A DNA stretch of 61,319 nt, filler included, from 7 parts of 7 records of this genome joined end to end with filler, not necessarily neighbours in it; one strand, 5' to 3'; shown: positions 10,760 to 22,481, counted from the first letter of the whole stretch. Numbers and translations are program-made. The notes: generated from the sequence alone by a model not told the origin.

Positions 10760-12411
10760 CTATTTGTAACCATTTGAAGTGATTTTTGCATTATCAAAAT
10801 AATATACTGTTTCAAAATACTTCATAAGGTTCGCTTTGTGAGAAATGAAAATAATCATCTTATCTGAAAAATAACTTAAAATATGAGATATAATGATTTC
10901 GCTCTCTCGGTCATCAATACCTGTTGTTGGCTCGTCAAGAATTAGTAAGTCAAAATCTTTATATAATGCTCTTATTAATGAAATCTTCTTTCTCTGTCCA
11001 CCTGATATATTTGCACCATTTTCTTCAATGATTTTGTTATTACTGCATAAATCAAATATAAAATCTGATTTTGTAAGTTCTATTAAACTGATTAATTTAT
11101 CTGACATTTCATTCTCTTCAAACATTGTAATATTTGAAATAACAGATCCGGTAAAAAAAGAATTATTCTGAGGCATATATGATATTTTGCTATTTAGTAA
11201 AGTGTTATTATAAAATTGAAGATCTAGACCATTGACAAAGATTGATCCTTGATAAGACGTTATCAACTGGATCAATATTTTAGCTATAGTAGTTTTCCCT
11301 TTTCCACTTTCTCCCATCAGTAGTATCTTATCTCTCTTTTTCATTGAAAATGTCACATCTTTTAATATTTCATTTTCCCCATATGAAAAAGATACCTTTT
11401 CAAATTTAATATCTTCAATTTTTTCAATATACAAATTACCATCATTATTACAAACATTATCTGTATTTCTAAAAAGTTCGTCTAATCTAGAAATAATTAC
11501 ATTTGATGTTTTTATTTTAGGAATAATAGAAAAAGCCCTTTCTATTGGTTTCAAAATATAACTCATCATTATATAGAAGGTAATTAACTGACCAAGCGAT
11601 AGTATACCTTCTATTACATATTTGGATCCCATCCATAATAATGCTATTTCACTCAGCTCTACTAATAAGGATACAATATTGGTAGTAATATTTTCGATTA
11701 CTTGTACATCATAACTAGAATTTATTCTGTCATAGTTTCTTTTTTTAGAATGTTAGCAAATTTCATATCATATTTTCCAGCTTTTATTAATTCAATATTG
11801 TATATAACATCAAACATTAGTGTACCGAAATTTGCTGAAATTTCTCTAGATTTATGATTTAATGATTCCAATGGTTTGAAAATTATTAAAGAAATGAATG
11901 TTGTAAATAGTATAAATAGAATGCAAATTAAATATAGAGACATATTGATGTATATCATTACTATTGATGTTGCTGAAATGATTATAATGTCATTTGTAAT
12001 AAATGATAATATTGAATATACAGTTGTATTTATCATAAAACTATCCCTAGTTTTATTTTCTATTTCACCAATATTATTACATAAGAAAAATGAATAAGGA
12101 CATGAAATCAGTTTTGAGTACGTTGTATTCGTTATAGTAAAATCAATGTTTCTGGATATAATCGTTTCATGTATAATATTTAGAATACAGTTTATCTTTT
12201 TTACGATGGCGACAATGATACATGCAACAGAAATAATCATTATTTTTGATATTGACTCAGATGGGATAATATCATCAATTATGATTTTAAAATAAAAGGA
12301 AATTAAGATATTTAGAATTGAGTATATCAATGACAAAAATAGCATCCTAATCAACATCTTAGAATTATTTTTCACTATTTCTCTCATAAATATATTTATT
12401 TTTATATCCAT
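10760..12411 (-). CDS. ABC exporter, TMD+NBD, without peptidase domain (frameshift near 11735)
   Basis: ORFs 11722..12411 (TMD) and 10760..11632 (GESGKGKTT, ISGGQ, LILDE). Confidence 0.85.
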
Positions 12412-12437
12412 ATAGTGTTTATTTAATACCTCAACCT

Positions 12438-13488
12438 TTATTTCTGATTAGTTATAGTAAATGTATTTCTTAGAAATTCAAGTAATTGATTTTTGATGTA
12501 AAGACATGCAATACTATGTCTTTTTGTTCTATATCCTTGACATTTTTGGCAGATGCTAAACTGATTAATATCTGTTCTTATCGATTCTATTAGTTCTTTA
12601 TTTTTAAATAAAATATCTGAAATATCTGTATCGTAAATATTCCCAAGTTTGCATTTACCTAAGTAATCCATACAACAGACTATAACATCTCCGTTATTTA
12701 GTATTCCCAAGTGTGAGTTGTTACAGGATTTTATGTGATTTATTTCTTGAAGATAGTTATTATAAATATTTTCAATTGGTAAATATTCTCCAATTGAAAT
12801 ATTAATTTTATCAATGACAATAGAATCTACATTTTTACTTTTAATTATTTTTCGAATATATTTTTTGTCACTACAACAATCCTTGGAAGTTGATATTTCT
12901 GGGATTTCTGACTTTACTTTCATTATAAAAGTATTAATATCATTTATAATTCCTTTCTTATTGTGGTAAATCATAGAGTGATATCTTTTTATTTCCTATG
13001 ATTCCAAAAATATTTTTAAAATAATATCCATAAATATATAGGAGCTCCATTTGGAGTTCTGTTTTACATTCTCTTCCATGCTTATAAATCTGTCAATTAT
13101 AGTAATAAGGGTCTTAATATACTCATCATAAGTTCTTTTAGTACCCCTTAACTCATTAAAATATATGCGGTTAAAACTCACTACGGATAATTTTATGTAA
13201 TCAACATTCAAATCTAATAATTGATTAAATATTTTATCTGTTAAAAGAAAACCATTGGTTATTATCTTGATTTTTATACCTTTGTGTTTAATGTATTTAA
13301 CAATCTCAATTAAATCCGAATGACATAATGGTTCACCTAGTATATTAAGTGTTATATAATCTAATTCCTTTCCGTTGCAATTTTTTATTTGATTAATAAT
13401 TACAAAAACATCCTCTTTCCTCATCTGGGCATGTGTTTTTTTCGAATTATGAGACGGACAAAATTTGCATTTAAAATTGCACGATCCG
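12438..13488 (-). CDS. Radical SAM protein with SPASM/Twitch domain (5' truncated, frameshifted)
   Basis: Reverse complement at the contig edge reads GSCNFKCKFCP (CxxxCxxC); LGEPL, ITNG; C-terminal C...GDVIVCC...LGNI...CQKC. Confidence 0.9.
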
Positions 13489-13588
13489 NNNNNNNNNNNN
13501 NNNNNNNNNNNNNNNNNNNNNNNNNNNNNNNNTTAATTAATTAANNNNNNNNNNNNNNNNNNNNNNNNNNNNNNNNNNNNNNNNNNNN
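13489..13588. other. Artificial contig spacer
   Basis: N run with TTAATTAATTAA linker. Confidence 0.99.
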
Positions 13589-14073
13589 CCTCATCAACAT
13601 CATCAATAGCAAACCCAAATCCGACCTCTTTAAATTTAAGTATCATGTCCTCTAATTTTTGCTGGTCAGTTCTATAGAAACGCTCGGTAATTTCAAAGAC
13701 AATATCTTGAGGCGATATATTGTTTTTTTCTAAAATTTTTATTATAGAGTTTAAGTGTTTATCATATTTAACCATTGAACAGGTTTCGATATTTAAAAAC
13801 AACAGCTTTGAATGAGGAAAAGCTGTATAATTTTTTAAAGCACTTTTGTGACATTCCATATCAAATTCATCTAGCTTTCCTTCACCGCTAAAAATATCAA
13901 TCATTTCCAAAGGACTTATTCTCTTTTGATCCAAAGCCTCTGCTAAGGCTTTCGTGAGCTATGATTGAACCAGTGTTAAGGTTCCAAATTGGTTGATACT
14001 CTACTTGAATACTTTTTAGAATTTCGCTTCCATGCTCCGTATAGCTAAGTATATTCATTATTTTACCATCCAT
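13589..14073 (-). CDS. EAL-domain c-di-GMP phosphodiesterase (3' truncated, frameshifted)
   Basis: YQPIWN...HESLSRG upstream of the track ORF, then LFLNI, IVFEITE, FAIDDV. Confidence 0.85.
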
Positions 14074-14333
14074 AGTATTAATCCATTTAATAATAACTAA
14101 AGCTTCTAAAAAGCTTATGTATATTATGTTATTTCTGTGTAAATAATGGCGGTTTTTATATGTTTAACATGTTTTTATAGATATAACTATATATTCAAAC
14201 CGAATATGTAAACTTTATGCACCAAAGCTATATTTGTTATAGGTTTATCTAAAAAACTATTGAAAAGTTACAATACCTATGGGAGAATGTAATATGATAG
14301 AAAAATAATTAAAATAATTCTAAGGAGATAGAT

Positions 14334-15211
14334 ATGAGTAATTTTATTTTGTCAAACTCTTATGTTGCAGATTTACCACAATCATATATAAAAGATAATG
14401 GACTAAACCCTATTTTTTTCAACTATAGTATTGACGGAAAAATGCTTTATGATGATGGATTTCAAACTACATCAGCAGATGAGTTTTACGGTATGATAAA
14501 AGAGGGAAAAGAGCCTGTAACTTCTCAAATTAATATTAACGAATATAAAGAAGTGTTTAAAAAGTATTTGGATGAAGGTGAAGATGTGCTTCATATTGCT
14601 TTTTCATCGGGAATATCAGGAAGCTACAACAGTGGGACGTTGGCTGTTGAAGACCTAAAGGAGGAGTATCCTGATAGAAAAATTGAAATTGTGGATTCTA
14701 GATGCGCTAGCCTTGGTTATGGTCTTTTGGTACACTACGTTTCAAAGTTTAAAAATGAGGGAAATAGTTTTGAGGATACTGTAGCGTACGCAGAGGACAT
14801 AAAATTAAAAATAAACCATTGGTTTACTGTAGATGATTTATATCACTTAAAAAGAGGTGGAAGAGTTTCTGGAGCTTCTGCAATGATTGGTACTATGCTT
14901 AACATAAAACCTGTTTTAAACGTTAATGACGATGGTAAGCTTATACCGATAGATAAAATTAAAGGGAGAAAAAGGCTTTAAAATCATTAGTGGATAGAAT
15001 GGAGCAGAAAATTGCCAACCCTGATGGACAAGATATATTTATTTCTCACTCATACTGCAAAGAAGATGCGGAATATGTTGCTACACTTATTAAAGAAAAG
15101 TTCCCAAGTGTTGGTGAAATACTGATTAACTATATTGGACCAGTTATAGGAGCTCATACTGGTGTTGGGACTGTTGCATTATTCTTTTTGGGTGAAGACA
15201 GACATATATAG
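14334..15211 (+). CDS. DegV family fatty-acid binding protein (frameshift near 14970)
   Basis: PVTSQ, FSSGISGSY, LKRGGRVS, IGPVIGAHTG; RBS AAGGAG. Confidence 0.93.
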
Positions 15212-15219
15212 ATGTAAAG

Positions 15220-16724
15220 ATGCTGGAGGCAATTTTGAAAAAAACAACGATAATAGCTATATTGATCCTTATAATGTTTGTTGTATCATTAATTCCTATA
15301 TTTTTTATAGCAAGATACAACCATCCATCTGCAGACGATTATAGCAATGCTTATGATTCCTATATATCATGGAATCAAACTAGATCTGTTCCGCAGCTTT
15401 TGAATATTGCATCGCAAAAGGTTTACGACATGTATACAACATGGCAGGGCACATACGTGTGTGCATTTTTAGTGCCGCTTCAGCCTGCTGTTTTTGGTGA
15501 GGAATATTATCCTCTTACTACCTATATTATGCTTATACCGCTTATATTGGGGTATTTTTACTTTACAAAAAAATATTGCGAGATGTATTAAAGCAAGACA
15601 AGGCATCTTGGATAATTGTAACATGCTTATTAATAACCATATCTATACAATTAGTCCCGTATGCGGTTTCTGCATATTTTTGGTACAATGGATCAATTCT
15701 CTACACATTTGCTTATGCTCTAACCCTAATATTATTTGGGCTTGTGGTTTCTATAATACAATCAAAAAGAAAATGGGCACAGATTATAAGGGTAATACTG
15801 GCTGTTGTATTAACATTTTTAATTGGCGGAGAAAACTTTGTTACAGCACTGATAACTCCGCTTATATTGGCGGTAGTATTTATCGGTCTTATTATTAAAA
15901 AAGATAAAAACGCGTGGGCAATATTGCCGATATTAATTTTTTCGATTGTTTTTTCTGCAGCAAGCTTTTTGGCGCCAGGAAACCTAATACGTGGATCGGC
16001 TTATCAGGGTATAGGACCCATTAAGACGATATTAAAATCTATGTTTTATGGATTTATATATATTTCTAGGGTAGAGTGGAAATGGATTATGTCGCCGGCC
16101 TCTACTATATGCTTTAGCTTGGCTGTTGTTCCTTTTATGATAAAGACAATACAAAACAAAAAGTTTGGTTTTAAGTATCCTTTGTTCGTCATGTTTTTAT
16201 CACTATGCATATTCTCGGCGCAGTTTGCACCGTCAGTATACTCAACAAGCGGCTCAGGCCCTCTTAGGCTTAAAAATGTAATATACTATACATACGTAAT
16301 ATTTTTAGTGTTTAATCTCACATATTTTTGCGGTTGGGCTTACAGAAAAATAGAAATTTTGAACAAAGAAAATATTGAAGGGTTTGAAAGAAGATTTAAT
16401 CTTGTATACCAAAAGACATTGATACCTGTTGTGTCAGTTTTGATATTATTAGGTGGACTTTTGATGGGGGATAAGCTTTTTACGACAACTTCATTAAACG
16501 CATACTTTTCTGTCTCGAATGGAGAAGCTCAACAATATCAAAACGAATATAACGAGCGCGTAAAAGCGCTTTTAAGTGACGAAAAAGATGTTTTTCTAAA
16601 TGAATATGATGCAAAGCCATATTTGCTGTTTTTTGATGATATAACTGATGATGTTACTGATTGGAGAAATGAAGCTGTTGCCGATTTTTATCAAAAAGAC
16701 AGTGTAGCTTTAAGACAACGATAG
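15220..16724 (+). CDS. Polytopic membrane protein, DUF6056/GT-C-like (frameshift near 15570)
   Basis: HPSADDY, WQG, YFWYNG, LAPGNLIR motifs; many TM helices. Confidence 0.7.
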
Positions 16725-16744
16725 AAAAGATTTGAAATATTAAT

Positions 16745-16787
16745 AAAAAGGCTTTAACTAGAATCGTTCTAGTTTAAGCCTTTTTTT
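16745..16787. terminator. Bidirectional intrinsic terminator
   Basis: AAAAAGGCTTTAACTAGAA-TCG-TTCTAGTTTAAGCCTTTTTTT between convergent genes. Confidence 0.85.
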
Positions 16788-16809
16788 ATAAACAAACTTA
16801 AATTCTTAC

Positions 16810-17085
16810 TTACTTATTGAAAGTATCTTTAAAAGCTTTTCCAGGTTTAAATGCTGGAACTCTGCTTGCTGGAATCTCGATTGTCTGTTTAGTTTGTGGG
16901 TTACGACCAGTTCTAGCTGCTCTTTCTCTTACTTCAAATGTTCCAAAGCCAATCAATTGAACTTTTTCACCATCAGTAAGCGCACCTTTTACAGTTGACA
17001 CAAATGCATCATATGCTGTTGTCGCATCCTTTTTTGTTAATCCTGCTTTTTCGCTAAAAGCTGAGATAAACTCAGATTTATTCAT
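16810..17085 (-). CDS. hup: DNA-binding protein HU
   Basis: MNKSEFI...[24 protein letters not shown]...[10 protein letters not shown]. Confidence 0.97.
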   Translation of the reverse strand: MNKSEFISAFSEKAGLTKKDATTAYDAFVSTVKGALTDGEKVQLIGFGTFEVRERAARTGRNPQTKQTIEIPASRVPAFKPGKAFKDTFNK

Positions 17086-17217
17086 ATAAACATCCTCCTA
17101 ATAAGATTTATAAGTTGCTAAATAAGCTTTTACATTATAAGCCATTTGAATATGATTAGCAAGCCTTTTATAATAAATTTATTGCCAAAAAATTCATCAT
17201 TTATACTATCTTTTCAA

Positions 17218-18651
17218 TTAATTAATAGTTTGTTTGCATTTATTCCAATACTCGTCCATTTCTGCCAAAGACATGGCTTTTAAGTCCTTGTTATCAGCCT
17301 TTGTCATGGTTTCCATGTGGCTGAATCTATTAATAAATTTATCAATCCCATTATAAAGTGCAATTTCTGCATCCACTTTCAGATGCCTTGCAAGGTTTGT
17401 AATGGCAAATAAAACATCACCCATTTCAATTTCTAGGTCTTGACCATTTTCAATGTCATCTTTTAACTCCAAAAGTTCTTCATACACTTTTTCAAATGGT
17501 AATTTATAATTTTCCCAATCAAAACCGCACTTTGCAGCCCGTTTTTGTACTTTTTGACTTCTAAGCAGTGCTGGCATAGACCTTGGTACATCTTCTAGGT
17601 CGTGAGAATAAGATTTTATTCCCTTTTCCTTTTCTTTTATAGCTTCCCAATTCTCCATAACTTGCTCTTCATTATCCACCTTAATATTTGAAAAAACATG
17701 AGGATGACGATTCATCATCTTGTTGCAAATGGCGGTTGTAACATCTATACTGTCAAATTCGCTATACTCTTCACCTATTTGAGAATGAAAGACAACTTGC
17801 AAAAGTACATCGCCAAGTTCGTCATAAAGCATGTTCATATCATTGTTTTTAACTGCATCAAAAGCCTCGTAGCTTTCCTCTATCAAATACTTAATTAAGC
17901 TTTCATGGGTTTCTTTTTGATCCCACGGACAGCCGTCTTTTGCGCGCAGTCTTTTCATAATCTGCTTTAAGTCCAAATATCCGTGACCGAATTTTTCCTC
18001 TAATAAAGATGGTGGTACGTAGGCATTGAAATTATATCCATATAAGTGAATATCTTGTCTATCCAGATCCTCAAGTTTGATTTTTTCAGTTCCGTTTTCA
18101 CTATTAATATAGATGGGTTTTGAAACATCATAAAACCTAATAAGGTTAAGCTTTATTTCACTTGCAATGAATATTGAATCTATTTCGTGTATTAAAAGTC
18201 CCTCGTCTGATAATTCATCTAATACAAAGGAGTAAGCCGGTATTTGCTTTATACCATTTGGTTTTAGCTGCATATCAACAAACGCATTATTTATAGCGCT
18301 ATATCCACAGCTAGCCCCTCCTATTACGTCAACAGCAATATCGTCCTTTTTTGCCACCTTAATAATCTCATATGCAATTTCGTTTTGATATACATCACCA
18401 AGTGCACAAAATGTTAAATCGTCGCTTTTTGCCCTATCTAAAATATGTAGAGCAATTTCTTTTTTAAGACATTCAAAATCCTGAGCGTTGTTATAAAAAT
18501 CGTCTAATGATAGATATTCTTTTTTTATTTCTTTAATAATTGGTAAGCTTAAGCTTTGGACATATATATTTTTTGAATTTAAAATATGATGATATGCTTT
18601 TACTGTTAAGCTTTCCATCTTCCCATCTGCAATACCCACTATAGTAATCAT
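17218..18651 (-). CDS. mazG: YabN-type tetrapyrrole methylase-like / MazG nucleoside triphosphate pyrophosphohydrolase
   Basis: GCPWDQKETHESL, EESYE, ELGDVLLQVVFH, EMGDVLF; synteny spoVT-yabM-yabN-hup. Confidence 0.92.
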   Translation of the reverse strand: MITIVGIADGKMESLTVKAYHHILNSKNIYVQSLSLPIIKEIKKEYLSLDDFYNNAQDFECLKKEIALHILDRAKSDDLTFCALGDVYQNEIAYEIIKVAKKDDIAVDVIGGASCGYSAINNAFVDMQLKPNGIKQIPAYSFVLDELSDEGLLIHEIDSIFIASEIKLNLIRFYDVSKPIYINSENGTEKIKLEDLDRQDIHLYGYNFNAYVPPSLLEEKFGHGYLDLKQIMKRLRAKDGCPWDQKETHESLIKYLIEESYEAFDAVKNNDMNMLYDELGDVLLQVVFHSQIGEEYSEFDSIDVTTAICNKMMNRHPHVFSNIKVDNEEQVMENWEAIKEKEKGIKSYSHDLEDVPRSMPALLRSQKVQKRAAKCGFDWENYKLPFEKVYEELLELKDDIENGQDLEIEMGDVLFAITNLARHLKVDAEIALYNGIDKFINRFSHMETMTKADNKDLKAMSLAEMDEYWNKCKQTIN

Positions 18652-18652
18652 A

Positions 18653-20235
18653 TTAAGCTTTTTTACCTCGTATTATTTCTATTTCTTGTTTGTTTATTGT
18701 TTTAGTAAATATAAGAGCACCTAAGTAAATAACTGCACCTGCTACTATTGATAAAAGGGTTGATATTGTATTGCTATCTACTATTTTATATGTAATAGGA
18801 TACATTAGATAAACGACAACACCCATAAGGATAGCCGATACGACAGGCTTAATAATTGTGTTTAACCAATCGATTTCCATCTTTGTATACTTAATAACAA
18901 AAAATACATCCAAAATAGCGGCAACAGAATAACAAACAACGGTACCAATAGCTGCCCCATGCACGTTTATGCTTGGTATTCTTATCAAAATCAAACTCAA
19001 AACGATCTTTAGTATTGCGCCAATTAACAAGTTGAAGACAGGAACTTTAACTTTTCCAAGCCCTTGTAGTATGCCTGTCATGGTCTGAACCATAGTAAGC
19101 ATCAAAACGCCTATTGCCATTATCATAAGTAGTGTAGCTGCATCGTCTAAAAGCAGACCATCAAGATTTTTATAAAGAAGCATTATGATCTGTCTTGCTA
19201 AAACACCAAAACCAACAGCACAAGGTAATCCTACAAGCAGAGCGATTTTTAGCCCTAAACCCGATTGTCTTTTAAGCTCATTTTTTTGACCTTTAGCTTT
19301 ATATGCAGAAATGGCTGGAACAAGACTCATAGCAAGAGCTAGAGAAAGCACTGCCGGCATATTTATAAGAGGGTTTACGCTGCCTCCAATAAGTGCAAAT
19401 TTATCTGCCGCAAGTTCCTTAGCAAAGCCACTAGCTTCTAAACCACGAATAACAACTATTGAATCAACCGTCATAACTATAGGCATAACGCAGGCGCCAA
19501 GGGTTACAGGAATTGCAATCTTCAAAAGTTTTTTTAGAATTGTTTTTTGAGGCTCTCTTTCAAACTTAGCATTAGAAGCTTGTATCTCTTTATCAAATTT
19601 CTTCTTTTTAATAAAATACAGAGAAACCAAGAAAATAAGTGCTAAAAATTCACTAGCTGCAACACCAATAAGTGCACCAGCTGCTGCGTATTGTGGTCCT
19701 TTTGGTAAAAGCATAACAGCCAATGAAAGACCTAAAATAAGTTTTATAAGTTGCTCTATAAGCTGAGATACACCAGTTGGAGCCATCATCTGCATACCTT
19801 GGAAATACCCACGGAAAGATGAAAGCATACCTACAAAGAAAAGAGCAGATGCGATAGCGTAATAATCTATATAAGCATCCGGTAAGCCTTGAAAGGCAGA
19901 TAGAGGCTTGCTTATTAGCATTAAAATTATTGTAGAAACAAATCCTAAGATTGATAAAAACTTTAAAGATGTTATAAAGACATCTTTTGCTCCTTTATAG
20001 TCCAAAACAGCTCTTTTTCAGAAACCATTTTAGCAATAGCTGCTGGAATACCAGCGGTTGATATTACGAGCATATTTGCATATATGGGATATACAATCTG
20101 ATAATAAGCCACGCCTTGAGTATCTATAAGATTCATAAGAGGAATCCTAAATACTGCACCTATAACCTTACATATCAAACCCATAATACCAAGAATCGCT
20201 GCACCTTTTACAAAACTTTTTGTTTTATTACTCAT
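18653..20235 (-). CDS. SpoVB/YabM-type MOP flippase (frameshift near 20010)
   Basis: MSNKTKSFVKGAAILG start, STAGIPAAIAK, RGYFQG...PTGVSQLIEQ; ORFs 19972..20316 and 18653..20005 join. Confidence 0.9.
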
Positions 20236-20380
20236 ATAATATAGACATCGATGATCATTAAAATGATCATTAACCTTTCTAAATTTGGTAGTATATGAAG
20301 CCACAAAAACTACCATTTTAGATTATATATTAGAGGGAAAAAAATAACAAGCGCGTTTGGGTTTTGTTACAAAATGTTGC

Positions 20381-20449
20381 AAAAAAAGAATTCAGACAGA
20401 TGATAAAGGGCGTAAGTTGCGGTCTTGTACCATTTATCGGCTGTCTGAA
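20381..20449 (-). terminator. Long-stem hairpin plus U-tract downstream of spoVT
   Basis: TTCAGACAG...CTGTCTGAA arms with inner GATAAA/TTTATC pairing, then a T-run on the minus strand. Confidence 0.6.
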
Positions 20450-20517
20450 AACCTATGTTTTTTAAACTTGAATTTTAATGTTCCATTTTACGCTGTTTAA
20501 ATTCTTTATATGTTTAT

Positions 20518-21069
20518 CTACTGCTCCATTTGCATACCCATAAACCCAGAAGCAGTTTTTGCAACCATCTCTTCAACTTCGGTCATCTGCTTGCCTTGTT
20601 TGCTCATAATTACAACAGCACCAATCGGTTGTCCTTCGGATAAAACAGGGGCTATTACCTCTGACGAAACTTGAGTAATATCTTCGCCGTTGATAACTGG
20701 AATAGGCTTCTTCTTTGTTGAATTGTTTGCAACAACACCTTGTCTTAGACCAATAAGACTATTAAGTTCCTCGCTTATTGCAGCATCTGCATATGCTTTT
20801 TTATTAATACCGCTTGCCGCAACAACCATATCTCTATCACATATAATCGCTGTATGTCCAAGCGTTTTATTTATCGATTCTGTAAACTCTCTTGCGTATT
20901 CAAAAAGTTCCCCAATCGGTGAATATTTTTTAAGTATCACACCACCTTCTCTATCAGTAAAGATTTCAAGGGGGTCTCCCTCTCGTATCCTAAGTGTTCT
21001 TCTTATTTCCTTAGGAATAACAACCCTGCCTAGTTCGTCTATTCTTCTTACAATGCCTGTAGCTTTCAA
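20518..21069 (-). CDS. spoVT: Stage V sporulation protein T
   Basis: MKATGIVRRIDELGRVVIPKEIRRTLRIREGDPLEIF AbrB-like domain plus GAF-like C-terminus; TTG start with GGAGG RBS. Confidence 0.97.
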   Translation of the reverse strand: MKATGIVRRIDELGRVVIPKEIRRTLRIREGDPLEIFTDREGGVILKKYSPIGELFEYAREFTESINKTLGHTAIICDRDMVVAASGINKKAYADAAISEELNSLIGLRQGVVANNSTKKKPIPVINGEDITQVSSEVIAPVLSEGQPIGAVVIMSKQGKQMTEVEEMVAKTASGFMGMQMEQ

Positions 21070-21484
21070 ATCTATTTCCTCCTCATAATTAAACCAAGCA
21101 TCACGAAATAAACGTTACGAAATATCAAGCTTTTAAAAAATACTTTCGCAAAACTCGGTGTTTTTATTGCTTTTTTATCGGCACTATTATTATTTGGAAA
21201 GCTTGGTTTATTATGCGTGTGTTTTTTGGTAATTTTAGCTTGTTTTTATTACTTGGTATTCTTGTCTTGCTAAATAACAATTTAACAAAAACTATAGATA
21301 AAAGAATAATGAATATAAAATTAAAGTTTAAATGTTTATTATATAGGCAATTAAGCAAAAAAAGTTTTACATCACTACTAATTGATATAAATGTAAAAAG
21401 GTAGAATTAATGTAATAAAGTACTTTACATTCATACATGTGTATACTATAATGAAAATATTAATAAAATGTTAACAAAACAAAC

Positions 21485-21590
21485 TAATAAAGGCAAAACA
21501 AACGAAAGTTTGTGTTCGCAAAGCTAAGAGTCTAAAGCTATTCACTAAATTTATTCTCCAAAACTATTGCTATGATCGTCCAGCTGCTGG
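21485..21590 (+). ncRNA. Cyclic di-GMP-I (GEMM) riboswitch
   Basis: AAAGGCAAA-[ACAAAC-GAAA-GTTTGT]-GTTCGCAAAGCT...GTCTAAAGC...GCTATGAT...CCAGCTGCT: GNRA tetraloop, receptor and P1 pattern. Confidence 0.8.
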
Positions 21591-21613
21591 TGTTTATTAC
21601 TGGTAGTTTTTTT
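21583..21613 (+). terminator. Riboswitch expression-platform terminator
   Basis: G-U-rich hairpin GCTGCTGGTG/TACTGGTAGT followed by a T-run, overlapping the 3' strand of P1. Confidence 0.5.
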
Positions 21614-21643
21614 AATTGATGATTTTTTTGGAGGATGTGTGTT

Positions 21644-21808
21644 ATGTATTTTAGATCAGTTTGGTTAAGAAGAATTATTGTGTTAATTGTTTTTTCGATT
21701 TATCTATTTGTACCAATACTTACTTTGGCTATATCAGATGATCCCAATGTAGAGCAAGTAGGTGAATCAGGCTCAGGCGACGAATCGGGCTCAGGCGATG
21801 GTTCAGGC
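21644..21808 (+). CDS. Exported/surface protein N-terminus with ESGSGD repeats (truncated)
   Basis: GGAGG RBS, signal-peptide-like start, 18-nt tandem repeat running into the gap. Confidence 0.7.
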
Positions 21809-21908
21809 NNNNNNNNNNNNNNNNNNNNNNNNNNNNNNNNNNNNNNNNNNNNTTAATTAATTAANNNNNNNNNNNNNNNNNNNNNNNNNNNNNNNNNNNN
21901 NNNNNNNN
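21809..21908. other. Artificial contig spacer
   Basis: N run with TTAATTAATTAA linker. Confidence 0.99.
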
Positions 21909-21909
21909 T

Positions 21910-22035
21910 TTAAAAGAATTAAAAGATGCCGGTTTAATACAGGGTGAGATTGAAGCACCACGTGTAAAGTATTGTGTAAACAAAGAAAACTGGGCCGAGG
22001 CTCAGCGTTTGTTTAAGGGATTTTTGAATATTTAA
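21910..22035 (+). CDS. arsR: ArsR/SmtB regulator, C-terminal part
   Basis: Hand translation LKELKDAGLIQGEIEAPRVKYCVNKENWAEAQRLFKGFLNI*. Confidence 0.85.
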   Translation, partial: LKELKDAGLIQGEIEAPRVKYCVNKENWAEAQRLFKGFLNI

Positions 22036-22052
22036 AAAATTTTGAAATAATA

Positions 22053-22077
22053 GTTCGTGTTTTTGCGAACAACGAAC
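22053..22077. promoter_or_regulatory. Putative ArsR operator (copy 1)
   Basis: GTTCGT-N6-GCGAAC palindrome; similar motif and flanks recur at 23814. Confidence 0.5.
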
Positions 22078-22083
22078 AACTGA

Positions 22084-22159
22084 AGTATGCAGTATTAAAT
22101 ACACAGTACGCAGCCCTTTAAAAACAAGGCTGAGGACTGAAGACTGCCAACTGAAGACT
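22084..22159. repeat. Inverted arrays of 7-nt repeats
   Basis: AGTATGC/AGTATTA/AATACAC/AGTACGC ... ACTGAAG/ACTGCCA/ACTGAAG. Confidence 0.7.
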
Positions 22160-22172
22160 AAAAAAAGAAAAC

Positions 22173-22406
22173 ATGGAAATTAAAGTACTAGGAACAGGAT
22201 GTGCCAAATGTAAAACATTGGAAAAACTGACGCGCGAAGCTGTCGCCGAATTAGGCCTCGAAGCCAATATTGAAAAAGTTGAAGACATTTATAAAATTAT
22301 GCAGGCTGGCGTAATGACAACTCCGGCGCTGGTTGTTGATGGCGAAGTTGTAGTGAAAGGAAAAGTGCCGTCGGTAAAAGAACTTAAGGGATTATTTGGA
22401 AAATAA
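22173..22406 (+). CDS. Small thioredoxin-like redox protein (MTH895/ArsE family)
   Basis: MEIKVLGTGCAKCK...GVMTTPALVVDG. Confidence 0.92.
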   Translation: MEIKVLGTGCAKCKTLEKLTREAVAELGLEANIEKVEDIYKIMQAGVMTTPALVVDGEVVVKGKVPSVKELKGLFGK

Positions 22407-22408
22407 AA

Positions 22409-22466
22409 AGTAGGCAGTAAGCAGTAGACAGTATTTGAACAGACTGTGGCCTGAATACTGAGAACT
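22409..22466. repeat. Inverted arrays of 7-nt repeats
   Basis: AGTAGGC/AGTAAGC/AGTAGAC/AGTATTT ... ACTGTGG/CCTGAAT/ACTGAGA. Confidence 0.7.
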
Positions 22467-22481
22467 TAAAAAAGAAACAAC

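Noticed and set aside
1-13488. Contigs 1 and 2 as a single bacteriocin super-cluster
   Set aside because: Separated by an artificial spacer and different in base composition; adjacency is not evidence of linkage
21164-21404. Overlapping 63-64 aa ORFs between spoVT and the riboswitch
   Set aside because: AT-rich low-complexity promoter region with no RBS or motifs
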